A stretch of DNA of 64,000 nucleotides from Zygnema circumcarinatum SAG 698-1b (lineage: Eukaryota > Plantae > Zygnematophyceae), in contig CM074809.1 in the NCBI GenBank assembly GCA_037447605.1, positions 3,152,689-3,216,688 of the forward strand, given 5' to 3'. The notes beneath the pieces are model-generated. The model worked only from the letters and a program-made list of their open reading frames with translations, was not told the origin of the DNA and did not search any database. The translations under genes were made by a program, and so were the position numbers. Positions 1 to 12,500 of this stretch are shown here, piece after piece (positions within the stretch are counted from its first letter, which is position 1; each line of letters opens with the position of its first letter).

Positions 1-659
1 GGAGTTCAATATTTTATGCTTTCGAGCATTATATATATTGAAATGTTAGCATCTGACAAATGTCTCGGTTACGCCTGCCGGCTTTAATGGCTCCAGACTG
101 CTTCATTAGTGCGGCTCTGCATAGACCATTTCCTCCCTTGGTTGGCAATGCAGGACTTGTTTCTGATTGCAAAGTGCTGACCTTTTTCTTCCTTCTGATT
201 ATTGGCTTTCTCAGGATGCAAGACCGCTGGAACCCGAAAATTAAGCAGTCAGGCCAATAAGAAAATGAAGAGCTTGGCTCGTGCAGCTTTTTCAGTAGTG
301 CTCAGAGCTTCTATTCGGTGTCAAGATAGATAGAAAGTGTCTTTTGCCGTGCCATATGCGTGTGCAGTATCCACCATATATGGAATTGTTTAGCTTTTGT
401 TCGCCTGCGTTTTGATGGAAGTTCGGCAGATTGAGGGTCGGAGGGCTTTGATACATAAGAATGTTTGTACTTTACACTATGTACGTTATTCTGTATACTT
501 CTGGCATAAACCATTCCAGCCGTGTTGACGCCAGTCATCATGTTGTAAACATTTTTCAGTTTCGTAAATTGGTAGTGATTTCCCATCATGAAACGCTTAA
601 GTGCATGTTCATGAGATCACCCGCCCTGACATATGGTAATGCAAATCATTTGGGTGTAG

Positions 660-1076
660 GATCTCAGCAAGAGATTTAACTACGGCGTTACTTCAAGCAG
701 CTCCTTTCAAAGAGAGCCAATCACAAAACTTAGCTCTCTGTTTCTGCAATCTTTTGGAAGTGTATCGACGAGTTCGGCCCTTTCCTCAGAAGAGAATTCT
801 GACAGAGAGGTGCTGTATCCCCCGTCAGCAGAGGAGGATATTGGCTTTGTCGATGAGGAGATTTGGTCGGGGGAGCATATCGGATCCGAGGCCAGCGGAA
901 AGGCTAACCCTAACCCTCCTCCCTGTGAAATAAACGTTTCTGAGGAGGGAGATTGGGTGTGGTGGCATCAAAATCGTTGCGGTTTCCCTAACCATTTTGG
1001 CATCTACTCGAAGAAAGGCCTTTTCGGCAGGAAACCAACAACTTGGAGTGAAGCAACAAGAGAAGACTTTCCTTGA
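660..1076 (+). CDS. Possible terminal exon of an unidentified gene starting at or before the window's left part
   Basis: An AG acceptor at about 659 is followed by a 138-codon open frame (DLSKRFNYG...GDWVWWHQNRCGFPNHFGIYSKKGLFGRKPTTWSEATREDFP*). I recognise no family and the upstream exon phase is unresolved. Confidence 0.3.
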   Translation, partial: DLSKRFNYGVTSSSSFQREPITKLSSLFLQSFGSVSTSSALSSEENSDREVLYPPSAEEDIGFVDEEIWSGEHIGSEASGKANPNPPPCEINVSEEGDWVWWHQNRCGFPNHFGIYSKKGLFGRKPTTWSEATREDFP

Positions 1077-2222
1077 GGAAAGCTTCTGCAATTTGTCGCC
1101 AAGCATATTGTCAGACTTGGAACCTGGCTTCGCTAACCATTTGGAAAAGGTATCCTGGTCGAGCTTAAACTTGCTGCTAAAGAAGCATGAGCTGGAATAA
1201 AACATGTTATGTCTCATTTTTAGGGTATTTTGTTGAACAGAGGGCAGGTCTCGGGTACGTTTAGCGTTTCATCATACTTTTACATCAGCAATGCATGATG
1301 TGTGTGAAGCATTTGCTGCAATTCCTGCTTTGCTTTACTTTTGTACTGCTCGTCCCTGAACAGGTTGGGTCCGCGTTGACTCCTCATATCATCGATAGTT
1401 TTCTTTCTTCCAGAAGCTGAAGAGTCAAAACGCTTTGTTAATTTGCACTGCTTGACACAGTAGCTCGTAAGTCAATAAAGGCATCCCTTCTCAACAGAGT
1501 GCTATGGAGAAAACTACAGAACACCATATTCGATTGATGCACTTGATTTTGTTAGTGCGAAATTTATAAACTTCGTTTTCAATTTGAGGGCGCGTTTCAA
1601 TCCTTCACGAGTAATCCAAGCGCTTGTACAAGCTACATATAAGTTACGCTGGGCCTTCAAACGTTTTAGTTGTCTGCCTGATGTTTACTCGGTGAAGGTG
1701 CGTTCCAAGCAGTTAAATAGGAAGAGACATTTTTCCGAGCTTTTGCAGCGCTTGTATAAAGACGGGTAACTCATGGTACCAAGCTGCCATGTTGGACTTG
1801 AGAGTGGAGACGAAAGCTAGGAGCCTTTAATCCGATCGCATTTTCATCTTTGTGTGTGCCCATTCAATTATAACAAAGGTAACACTCAATTCTTGAAAGC
1901 TTAATTAGTACAGAAATCTCATTTGAATTCCTGTGAGTGCATTTTACAGAAAATGCCGCCAACGATTGTTTGTTTTTTTTTACAAACTTGGCATGTCCAC
2001 TTTGTTTCTATCGTACAAATTCGAAAGCTTTGTCAATGGGTTCGGTTCCGCTACAAACACCAGCTCTAACACACCGTTAACGAGAGAGCTCTCATGCAGT
2101 CACTTCCCGTATATGAACACGAATCACACCCATCTCCTGCAACAGTGAGAAATCTCCAAATGTGACCCCAGAGACGCAGCTGCTTTTCAAGTTCCTCACG
2201 CTAAAAGCTCTGTCATGTTGCT

Positions 2223-2988
2223 TCAGGTCGAAACTCCCGACTGGGAGTCCCTATCTCGGGGAGCTTCACCACTGGAAGCAACTCCTGCTTCAGCATGACG
2301 ACCATGCTCCTTCTGCGCCACGGGCTCTCCTTGCTCGCCCCTCTCATAGTCACGAGCACGGGGAAAGTCAGTTGGCTCGTCCACCTTGTGAGCGTCTTCA
2401 GTCCACTCTGGCGGGGCATTTCCTACTCTGAAATTGGACAAGGCAAGGCAGGCGACAGTCAGTGCAAGAATAGAGGCGCAAAAAGCGTGCCTTTAAATCC
2501 ACTGCAGTAAAGCGGTTGTCCTCTACATCAGACCCAGTCTTGCTGATGGTCTACGAACATCTTCACATTGTTCACAACAACATTGGCTTCCCCATTTATC
2601 GCTCGTTCAGTAGGAACGGCGCCACTCCCTGCATAGGAAGCTTTATACTTTTCACTCCCAGGGTAAACGTCAAGCAATCTGTAGGCAGGGCAGGGGCTCA
2701 CCTTCCTATAGCGCCGCCAACAGCTGCTTCACCATAAATCTGTCCAAATCCTTCATCAGTCGAGCGTGTAGCATACGCCTCTCCATATGAATCTGACATG
2801 TCTGTGGTGTATCCTTCTTTGGTTTCGGTAGCAACAGCATTCGAGGGCTGCCTAAGCTGCTGCGTACTATCACCAGATTCAACCGCATCGCCATAACGCT
2901 GGCCCATGCCTTCCTCTGATGACCTTGTTGCGTAATCCGAGCCATACGCTTCATCCATGTCTGGCTTGACACCAGCATTTTCGGCCAT
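2223..2988 (-). CDS. Small hydrophilic (LEA-like / stress-associated) protein with duplicated YGxxYATRSxxEGxGQxYG motif; 2 coding exons (2988-2702, 2427-2223)
   Basis: Exons join in frame across a GT-AG intron (GGA AG|A GTA). The protein is hydrophilic and Gly/Glu/Asp-rich, with internal repeat YGSDYATRSSEEGMGQRYG / YGEAYATRSTDEGFGQIYG and C-terminal DYERGEQGEPVAQKEHGRH. From memory it resembles an uncharacterised small land-plant family. An upstream exon may exist (acceptor near 2998). Confidence 0.7.
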
Positions 2989-3825
2989 ACCTCTCACCTG
3001 CAAAATGCGCAAAAGCCATATTGGACCTGCATTTTGCAGAAGACGCAAGTTCATGTGGACTGATCTTCCAACTTTCACTTTTCACTGCACTTTGCGTCAA
3101 CGCGCCTGTTGCAGTTCTATCTCACTGTGCTACTTCTTAACAAAAGATAACTGAGAGAAGAATTAGCGGTTGGCATCATGGGTTTGCAACACATGTTCAA
3201 GGTTGAAAAAGTAAATATTCACCGTCAGCTTAAAGCTTTGCCGTAACTCTTCAATCGATGCGATTTCTGGACGTTTCCCAAAACCTGCTATCTGTAGTCT
3301 CCTGCAAGAGGGGGAAAATGTGGCAGAGTTCAGCCCACCCCTTCTTTGGCCTTCACAGCAGTTCCTGCGATAAAATTATCACAGCGCAAAATCAATCATG
3401 CCCTAACTACCATAGACCAGAAATTAGGCACATATTAATTAAAAAAAAATACCAAATTTGCAGAACAATAGCAGCACCAGCAGCCAGCTCCAGTACTAGC
3501 GCCCAGGTACGCAGTTACACGGCAAAGACGACCGAAAAGACAGAAGAATCTCTCAAAATCTCGAGCTGTTTTCCAGAATTGCGAGGTTTCACAGCCACTG
3601 CAAGAGCGGCGACAGGACGAAGCTAGCCCCCCCTCTCACCAGAGACAGAAATCCATCCTCACCTCTCAGCAGCCCGCTCCCGCCAGGCGCTCCTGAGCAC
3701 CGCCCTGCCCAGCGCCGCCATGCTCTCCCTCCCTCCAGCTGCAGCCTCTCTCTCTCTCTCTCGCTGCCAGGGCCTGCCAGGCCGCGCGTGCGAGGTTCGA
3801 GCGTGCGAGCCCGCGCCCTCCTCGT

Positions 3826-3970
3826 GCCAAGTGGCGAAGCGCTCGAGTGCCACATGGCACGCCCGTGACGTGGCCCACGGCGCTTGCAGTCGCGTGACAT
3901 GGCACGCGCCCATGCAGAGGAGTGCGCCACGTGGCACGTGTGCATGCAGAACAGGGCGCCACGTGGCACA
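3826..3970. promoter_or_regulatory. Cluster of G-box/ABRE elements in the divergent promoter of the LEA-like gene and the pseudouridine synthase
   Basis: GCCACGTGGC at 3926-3935 and 3958-3967, CACGTG at 3935-3940, TGACGTGGC at 3866-3874, plus near-matches GCCAAGTGGC and GCCACATGGC, all within about 145 bp. Confidence 0.6.
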
Positions 3971-4443
3971 AAAAAACCAGACCAAAATGAGTATCGCGCA
4001 AGTCAGGGGAAAGCGTTGGATCAACCATTGGAAACGCTCGGTACCCGGCCAACGATTGGCAATTGGATTGTTTTGTTGGCAACCATTGGCAATGGTTGCC
4101 AAAGTTCAATGGTTGCTAGCCATTCGATGGATTCGATGGTTGCGAACCATTTCATTCGCGAAGGCCTCGCCATCGTGAGTTCAATGAAATTTTCCCCCCA
4201 TTTCATTCGCGAAGCGTTTTCTGATAGAAAGGTCACGTGTTTGCGAGGCTACAAAGCTTCTAAAAAAGGAAAATTGAAGGGGAAATTTGGGTGCAAGGGT
4301 TGTTGGGAATTTTGTTTTGTGAGTTATGCAAAAACCAATTGGTCGATGGTCCCTTAGGGCGCCCAGGCCTTCGATAAAGTCACAGTAGGTGAAAGCTTGG
4401 CTTTGAAGGTGAGCCGCAAGGACGGAGGAGACAGTGGGAGGTG

Positions 4444-7400
4444 ATGTGCGCTCTTATGGCGGTGAAGGCTGGGCGAGCTTTTGATGTTTTTAGGGCTTGC
4501 AGCGCATACGATCTGAAGAGTATCGCTGTGGTCGGCACTTGGCAAAGGATGCATTTCCATCTCAGAGATAGGGACTTAGCGTTCCTTCAAGCAGGCTGCA
4601 AGCGATCGTCAAACTCTCCTGCTTTCCTTCACGAGAGCGCTTTTATAGGGGATATCTGCGCACCTGCGATAAGGCACACAGCGAAGCGGAAGATACTTGC
4701 TGAATTGTCTCCGAGTAGAAGGTAGTCTTCACGCATGCCCTCTAGTGAAACCATAAAACCACTTGAGGCGAGCAATGTGGAAAGCATCTTCTTGCGTTTG
4801 AGAGGTTCCTTTGAATGGAGTGCAGGGGGACCCTTTCACAAGAGCTGACCTCATTTCAAGTCGTGATTGCATTTCTCTTGTCTTGCAGCTCTTTCAAGTA
4901 TTCAAGGCTTTCTCCAAGTGGCATTGTCCAGCTACCTCCACGCGTCGAGCACTTGATTCTGGATAGGCGGGGGCTGGCAGTTGACGTCCTTTCAACAATG
5001 TTGGATTTGCCAAGCGAGTGTGTATATCCAACCGCATGTGCATTGCTCTATTTACTGATCGTCTTCATGAATGCAAAATATTTGATTTGATTGTTTTTGT
5101 TGTAAATACGTCTTTCTGAGTACTCGCATGCGTTTATTTCCAGGTATGTTGAAGATCTTATTAGGTTCGGCGCAGTTTATTACTCGCCAATCCCTCCGCC
5201 TCCTCCGGCTCATGCTGGAGCTCACATCCATGCTGCCTACAAAGCATTACCAGAATCTCCTCTTCTGGCTGCGGCATTAGCCAGAAAACGGGTCAGGAAA
5301 GGTGATCCTTCGTGATTATTCTCGTTCGTGATTATTTGTTCAAGCAAGTATGTGGAGGAACCGTAGTTAATTTTTTTTTGAACCGACACTATATGTATTG
5401 GAAGTGGTGGTAAGAAACAAGGGAGAACACGGGATAGTAATGACGAATGTTGTTGATGATGTTGTGAATTGCTTGTTTGAGCACGTGGCCACCTTGTTTT
5501 CAGGTTTGGTTCACCATTGAGGAGAGAGCTGACCTAGGGATCTTCTTGCAACACTCAGTCTCACAGAAAGGAGGGCGCATTCCCGTGTCAGTAGACTCCC
5601 TCGGTGAAGGGTTACATCCTATTATGAAGCCAACATTGGGGCAGAAGCCACAAAGGGTGAAATCCCTCGACTTGAAGGTCGAGGCTGGTGGCTATGTCCG
5701 CGTTCATGTGAACCCTAAGCGATTTCCTGGGTATGAGTGAGGTGATCTTATGGCCCTTAGTTTTTCAGAATTTCAATGCCCTTCTGCGTATGCATTCCCA
5801 TCCTGGCTTGTTGAAGTTTTTTCAGTATTCAGCTACTGAAGATGATGTGAACCCAATCATCAATAGTTTGCAGTGATGAGTCTGGTGGTTGTGGGTACGA
5901 TGCAAGAACTTGGATTGGAAGGATGCTTGTGACAAACAGCCCATATCGTTTCGTGCATGCAGGTGCTACAGCGTTGATTGGGCATCCACATTGTTGGTGA
6001 ATACATCAGATTATGTTGTCATTAACAAGCCTGCAGGAATTCCAGTAGGTGATTTTCCCGGATATCCTTCATGTCAACGGAAGGTTAATCATCCACTCAT
6101 TGGATGAAAGTGCATACAACCTATGTCTTGAGATTATTGAAGTATTCATCGAAGGACATTCTTTCCCTTGTTCCTTTCGTTAGCCTGAGGTTGTTTCACT
6201 TTTTCTTGACAGGTAGGGGGAACAGTTGACAATCAGGTGGAGAATTGCATTTCCTTTGCTGCAAGGGCAGTAGGGTTGACGGAGCCCTTATGGCCCACTC
6301 ATCAGCTGGACACATGTACGCAGGGCTGGTAAGAATTGAACGCCCTCGCGCATTTTTTGCCTTTTCTTTGCAACTTTTCTGGAGAAAAACGAAGTGTCAA
6401 AATGTCTTTGTCGGCTGAACCCTATGTCCCGTTTGAACCAACGGTGCAGTATGGTAAACCCTGCAAGTAGAGAAACTAGACCAGAGCCAGACCAGCTAAT
6501 AGAGCTTTGCTGCAATGCAACACAACAGATACCGATAGACACAGTACCAATCCTCTGTCAACTCTGTTTGGTCAGGGCTTGAATTCTTTTTTGTGGCGGT
6601 GCTACTTGGCAGTGTGGTATTGGCCAAAACGAAATCCTTTGCTGGACACTTCAACTCGCTGATGCGAGTGAGTCATTAGCCTCTCAACCCCTCCATTACT
6701 GCTTCCTGACCTTGAAGGCCGGGCGCCTGAGAATGAATTTTGCCCATGTATCTGCTTCGTGCTGCTCTGTCCACTTCAAGTGAAGTATTGGATATGTTGT
6801 CCCCCTTTCTCTCGTCTCTCCAACTTTCATTCTCGTCGCCCCTCATCTGTAATCTCATCTCTGTTATCTCTCATTTGTTGTTGTTTGTACTTTTTCTTCT
6901 CCGCCCCTTGTCCCCTCCCCCTCCCCTCGCCGCCCCCCTCCTTTACGTCAATAGTACCTGACTCTATAAGTAATCCGATAACTGAGAGCAAGTAGCCAAA
7001 TCTAGGATTCAAACATGGCAGAAGATGGTTTCTGACGAGAGAAAGTTGCTCCATTGATGGCAGATTGCCTTATGCTGATCCAGAAAGTATGCAATGCCTG
7101 CCTTCAGGAGCGTAAAGTGAACAAGGCCTACCGTGCTCTGACGACATCACCCATAAATCCGGGGCGTTTAGTGCACTTCATGCGGCCAGGAAACTATGCC
7201 CCAAGAGTTGTCAGACAAGGTATGCTGCTGCTTTTTTGCCCATGTCCTTGGGAACCAATGTTTTGCAGATAATCTTCCGGAGTCTTGAATGGTTATTTAT
7301 TATAGACTACACATGATTTTCGAAATTCATCACCACGTACATTCACTCAGATTTTCGGGCTCTTGTCGGTTCTTTGTCAGTTCTTGGATGATCATTGGAA

Positions 7401-8513
7401 CTAGTTTTGTTTTCCCTTTTCGTCTCCTTCATCTTTCCTTCCGTTTTTGCTCCTTGATTTCTGTCCTTCAGTTGGCGAAGGAGGCACTTCTGGGCTGTAG
7501 TTGGTTCTGTGTCCTTAACAGAAGAGTGCATTGTTGCCAAACATTAGCTTCGATGTTTCAACATTTCGTTCAAAAGGCAGTAATGTAAACTGCAAATGTC
7601 GATGCTCATATTCCGAGCTTTTGTCTTTTTTTTCTTTGGCTCCTTTTCTAGAACTTTTTGTCCTGCAGACGTACAGAATGATTGGCAGCGGTGCGAGCTT
7701 GAGGTATTAGAGTGCTGCCACGTGGCATTACCGTCGGCTGCTGTCTTCAAGGAAGCAGATGTAGCAATGGCATTGTCGCCCCCAAGCCATGAGAGAGCGT
7801 TTGAATGCACTGTCCATCTCATTACAGGACGTACCCATCAGGTGGGTGATTGCAGATTGACTACTGCTCCAATACCGAGAATTGACATGTCGAATGAGCA
7901 ACCAATGCAAAGGTGTCGAGGGAAGATGACTTGTTATGTTAGCTTGTTATGTGGCTGCTGCCTGCGTGCAGCTGTGAAAGACAACTTCCCTTCATTGTAT
8001 TATGACTTTCTATACCGTGCAGTATCCTTCCTTCCGTCCTCCTACTACTATTGCACCTTATGAACTTATTGATTCTGTTGCTTTGTGCAGCTAAGGGCAC
8101 AGTTTGCCGACATTGGAGCACCACTGGTGGGTGATACCATGTATGTGCCTATAGCCATGGCATCCAAGTCATTCTGTGAAAGCCGGGACGGGGACGCACT
8201 GAATTCATCTCATTCCCTTCCACACAGTCAAGAGCAGGATGCTTTAAACGCACCTGATTCATTAAGGCCCGGATGTTTGATGTCACCTGCAAGCCCTGAG
8301 TTCCCATTTACGGAGGAATCCAAGCATGGAACGAGAGATCCGAGCGGTAACTGTGCAGAGCACACCTCTCAGAACGATTCTTTTGGGCAGCCCGCGGTAT
8401 TTGGTGGGCCGGATCCTGAAGGCGCTGTGGGACTGCAGGCATGGAAAATTTCTTGGGAAGGGGGGCCAGGCGTCATTGAGGCACCCGATCCATGGTGGAG
8501 GAATTCTTCCTAG
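4444..8513 (+). CDS. RNA pseudouridine synthase, RluA family, plastid type (similar to plant RNA pseudouridine synthase 6); about 10 exons
   Basis: Spliced exons give PPRVEHL, YVEDLIRFGAVYY, YVRVHVNPKRFP, YVVINKPAGIPVGGTVDN, THQLDTCTQG (catalytic Asp), VHFMRP, LITGRTHQLRAQFA..GAPLVGDTMY, GLQAWKISW and PDPWW. The N-terminus looks like a transit peptide. Start codon is uncertain (4444 or 4457). Confidence 0.9.
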
Positions 8514-9551
8514 TTAGGCTTTGCTTCTTACGGGACTCCATACAGGCTGAGTATTGTAACTACATTCTTCTTCTGCTTAGAAATACCCTTTCCTTGTTCC
8601 AAGGTTGCCTTGCTGATCAGCTGATTGGGCCAATCAGGTGAAAGTACGATGTTGAAAGGAATGTGTCTTGGCTTGGGAAGCGACAGAAGTTGTGAAGGCT
8701 GATTCTAACGTAGTGGATGACATGGTTCTGGAGAAGTCTGTGAGAGGAGTTCTGCTGTCCTCGTTCTTGGTGGCTTCAACGAGTAGAGCTGAGTGCTTGG
8801 GATACGCAGAAACCAAGTCTGTCATATGGCTGCAGCTTAATAGGATGTTAAAATAGTTTTAATACGAGTTCCATGCACTGAACCCTAAAAAAACTTGAAG
8901 ACCTTAACCTTAAGCCTTCACTGTCTTGAACGATGATTTGCAACATTAGCACGCAATGGACATTCCCACAAGTGCAATATGAATGTGAAATTGAATCCAT
9001 CTCATGACAAAAAAAACGTCCAAGTAATTGTAGACGCCCCAATCGAGCACACAACACTGCACGGCCAAGGACAGACCAAAGACCAGATTATGGAAAATAA
9101 TTTTTTTTTGCAACATACAACTTTCGACCAATTTTTCCGTAGCCAGTAAAGCTGCGACTCTATGTACCACACACTGCGAGCTAACGCTCTTCCCAACCGA
9201 AACGATGAGAGGCAAAGCAGCCGCAGTGCCCAACAAGAAGGCCTACAAAACACTTTACTTAAACAGAGATCCTCGTCCTCACGATCTCCCTCTCCCTCTC
9301 TCCCCACCCATAAAAAGGCGTAACGTAATCACATTAGCACTAAAAGCTAGCAGCATCCCCGCCCCCTAAACTCACATTCTTAAGCGCAAAAATGGCCTTC
9401 TCTGGAATCTACCTCTCCCTGTCCCTATCCCTCCCTCTCTCTCCTCCCTCTCACTCTCTGCCTTTTCCCTGCCCTTGAGGATCCTTGTGACCCAAAGCAA
9501 AGAAACATCACGGAAGTGCTCGTTTTATGCGGCATCCTCTGAGAGCTGCTT

Positions 9552-12500
9552 TCAGGCGAGATGCTGCTTCAGCCAGGCGGAGATGGTGAGCCACTGCTCA
9601 AACTCGCTTTGGGGTCTGCATCATAATCACGCAGAGAGGGGAGAGTCCTCCCGAGGGCTTAATTAGGACCCACTCCTTAACCACAACATGATAAATAGAA
9701 CAAGTGAAAATAAACGAAACAAGTCCCGAACGATCAGCGCATCTAAAGGTATTTCTACACCAAGGTGACGACCTACAAACCATACAGAAGCTGCAAAAGA
9801 CCGGAAATCCTAAGAGATGCACTCGGCCTCCCACTGACAACTGGTCATCAAGCCAGGAAACTCACTTGTCAATGGCGTGATTGTCTTCTGGAAAGTAAAA
9901 AACTTTTGATTCCAAGCCTTGAGCTCGCAAAGCGTGGACAAACTGCAGTCCGTTCCCAAACCACCAAAGGATCCGTTTTTTGATCATCACCACTCGCTTT
10001 TGTCATTCACTTCTAAATCTTGATGCAACTGAAGCCACTCTTCTATCAAAAGTAAAAAGAAAAAAAAATCCACTCTTCTATGAAATGTAAAAAGTAAAAA
10101 AACTACCAAGTGCTCGGGTGGATGTATCCAGTGCTTTGACATGGCAACTTACGAAGCACAGTTTCCTTACACACTTATCCTTAACGATTGTGGAAAGCAG
10201 CTTCCATCAAGAGAAAAAACTAACACACGCAGACCATGTCGAACCTAAAACGTAATAACTTTCAAAATGGTCCTCCAACGAATCCATTATCACTAATACT
10301 CGAAAGCAGAGTGAGGGCTCTGTCCTTTGCTACTTTGTTAAGCTGAATTGGTCTATAAAGAGGACCCCGACAAGACCACTGCACAACCGTCATACCTGAA
10401 GGCCATTCGAGACTGGAACTCTGCGATCTGCTCCACCCAAAAGAAACAAAGTAGGAACCTTCACCTGCAGCAAACAATTCACAATTCAATTCAGGAACAT
10501 ACTTTACTACGCAGCTGCACGTGCCACCTCCACAATCCACTTGCTGTAGCCATGATGACCTTGGGATAAATATCCCACTTTCACCAATATTACATCCATA
10601 CTGCAGCACTGTTACTATCTAGGCAATACAGGGACACTACATGTGGATAGGGGCGTAAAAATCTTGAAAGTGGACTTGTCTTTGACAAAAAGGCGAAGCA
10701 CTTCTGTTAGAAGCACTTTTGTTAACGATCTTCACTTGGAGAATACGGGCAGACTGAAACAACATCACATGGATGACGACTTTCAAACCTTCATAGGAAA
10801 GCAAGCGAGCTTGAACGAAATAAATTGTTTGCCATGAAACCCCTTGAAACAGTTGAAACAGAGAGTGACTGTAACCATAGGCTTCAATCTTCCAACCATC
10901 ATACCTTAGAAGCATGGCTTATCGGAGACGCTCTATAGAATGATTGAAGCTCCGACAAACTAGGGTTGTCTGAAAATCCGACCACTCCCTGAGCGCCAAG
11001 TGTCTCGACATATACCCAGTCGGGAATATCGGATGTAGAAACCATACTGACCAAGTTACACACAGGATTCCGAAGCACTGCTGTCCTAAATCTATCAGGA
11101 ACCTGCACATAATCAGAATATATTGGAATTCTTAAATTCACTTTGTCCACAGATTCATTTGGCTGAGTCTTCCAGAACCTGTGTAGGAGAATTAGTGTTT
11201 CTGACTAGGTCTGCTCAGGAAGTTGAACATGGGCCTTTCTAAATTGTATAAAAAAGCTACTTGTTGACTATTCAAAAAACGTTTGAAGGCTGTCAGACAT
11301 TCAGGATTCTGGTTCATTTGTCGACCAACGGGAGCATCTTCAATCAACTTGTGTTGTATCCCTCCTGCATCCACTGGTAGTTTGTGGGTTTTTTTAACTT
11401 GGGAATTTTAAATGACAGAGACATACCTGACCAATTAAATGGGCTGCGATGAATCCTCCATGAGACCCCCCTACAACTGCCACTCTGCTGCCGTCAGCAT
11501 AGCCCAACGAGATCACCTTGTCGAGAGCTGCCAAGACATCTGCTACATCCTGCATCACCGTGACTTGGGATACCTTCAAAATCACATGCACAATTGGAGC
11601 TGCCATACTGCATAGCAAAGAATTTGGTGGATTGAACTCGTCTGCAAGGCAAGATGCAGGTCAGGATGCGGAAAGAGTTCTAAGCCCAAAATGAAAGGTT
11701 TTTATGCCATTTATACTTTGCGGAAAGCAAAAGATTCGATTTCCGTAATGCAGGCTGCTCTACCAACTGATCGATAGACATCTTTGCTCACATTTTTTTT
11801 TTTTGGTGATTTTTTTATCACACCCGTGTACAGACCTATGATTTGGATGTCCAACTTGCTGGGATGCTCCATCTTGCAACACCTAACAGTTATGGGTGAA
11901 CTAAAGATGGTGTGGTTAACCAGACGGCCAACGAAAAGAAGGCAAGAAAAAAAATATTACCTGCCGGCCCACATTTTTGGGCAATGATTGCAGAGCTTCC
12001 TCACCAAAACCTAGAGAGCCCCTGTCCCAACAAAATCATCACAGTAAGTTTGTGTTTCTCTTCCACACACATTCTCTATTTTTACTGATGAATTCTCCTC
12101 GCTGGTTTCACAGAAGGTGGAATAAACTAGGAAATCAGGTAGGAGTTGGCAGGTCCACATAGACTTCAGAAAATTGCTTTCTGAGCTTCTATGCCTTTCG
12201 ACTTTATGACTTTTGCTGCTAGAGTTCTGAACTTGGCAGCCGACGATCACTGGAAAAAGTAATAAGATTGAAACTAATCGCTGCTTTTGGAATTAGTTAA
12301 GCATGCTAGGACTTCAGTTAGCATGTGTACTGTTGAAAAGCATTCACATCCTTAGAATCTCTGCCACTGTTTTCATAACACTTCATGTCGTTGTAAGAAT
12401 CACCTCCGTCGGTATCTTGTCATGCACACTATGACACCTTGCGAAATCCTACAAGCAGTGCAAGTAACGGTCCAAATTCAATTGGGTTTGAGTCTCAAAA

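Noticed and set aside
3589-4357. Multiple overlapping 120-157 aa ORFs
   Set aside because: GC-rich promoter DNA with palindromic motifs leaves several frames open by chance; none shows protein-like signal.
8634-8856. Short ORFs after the pseudouridine synthase stop codon
   Set aside because: Probably 3'UTR or intergenic; no motif or splice support.
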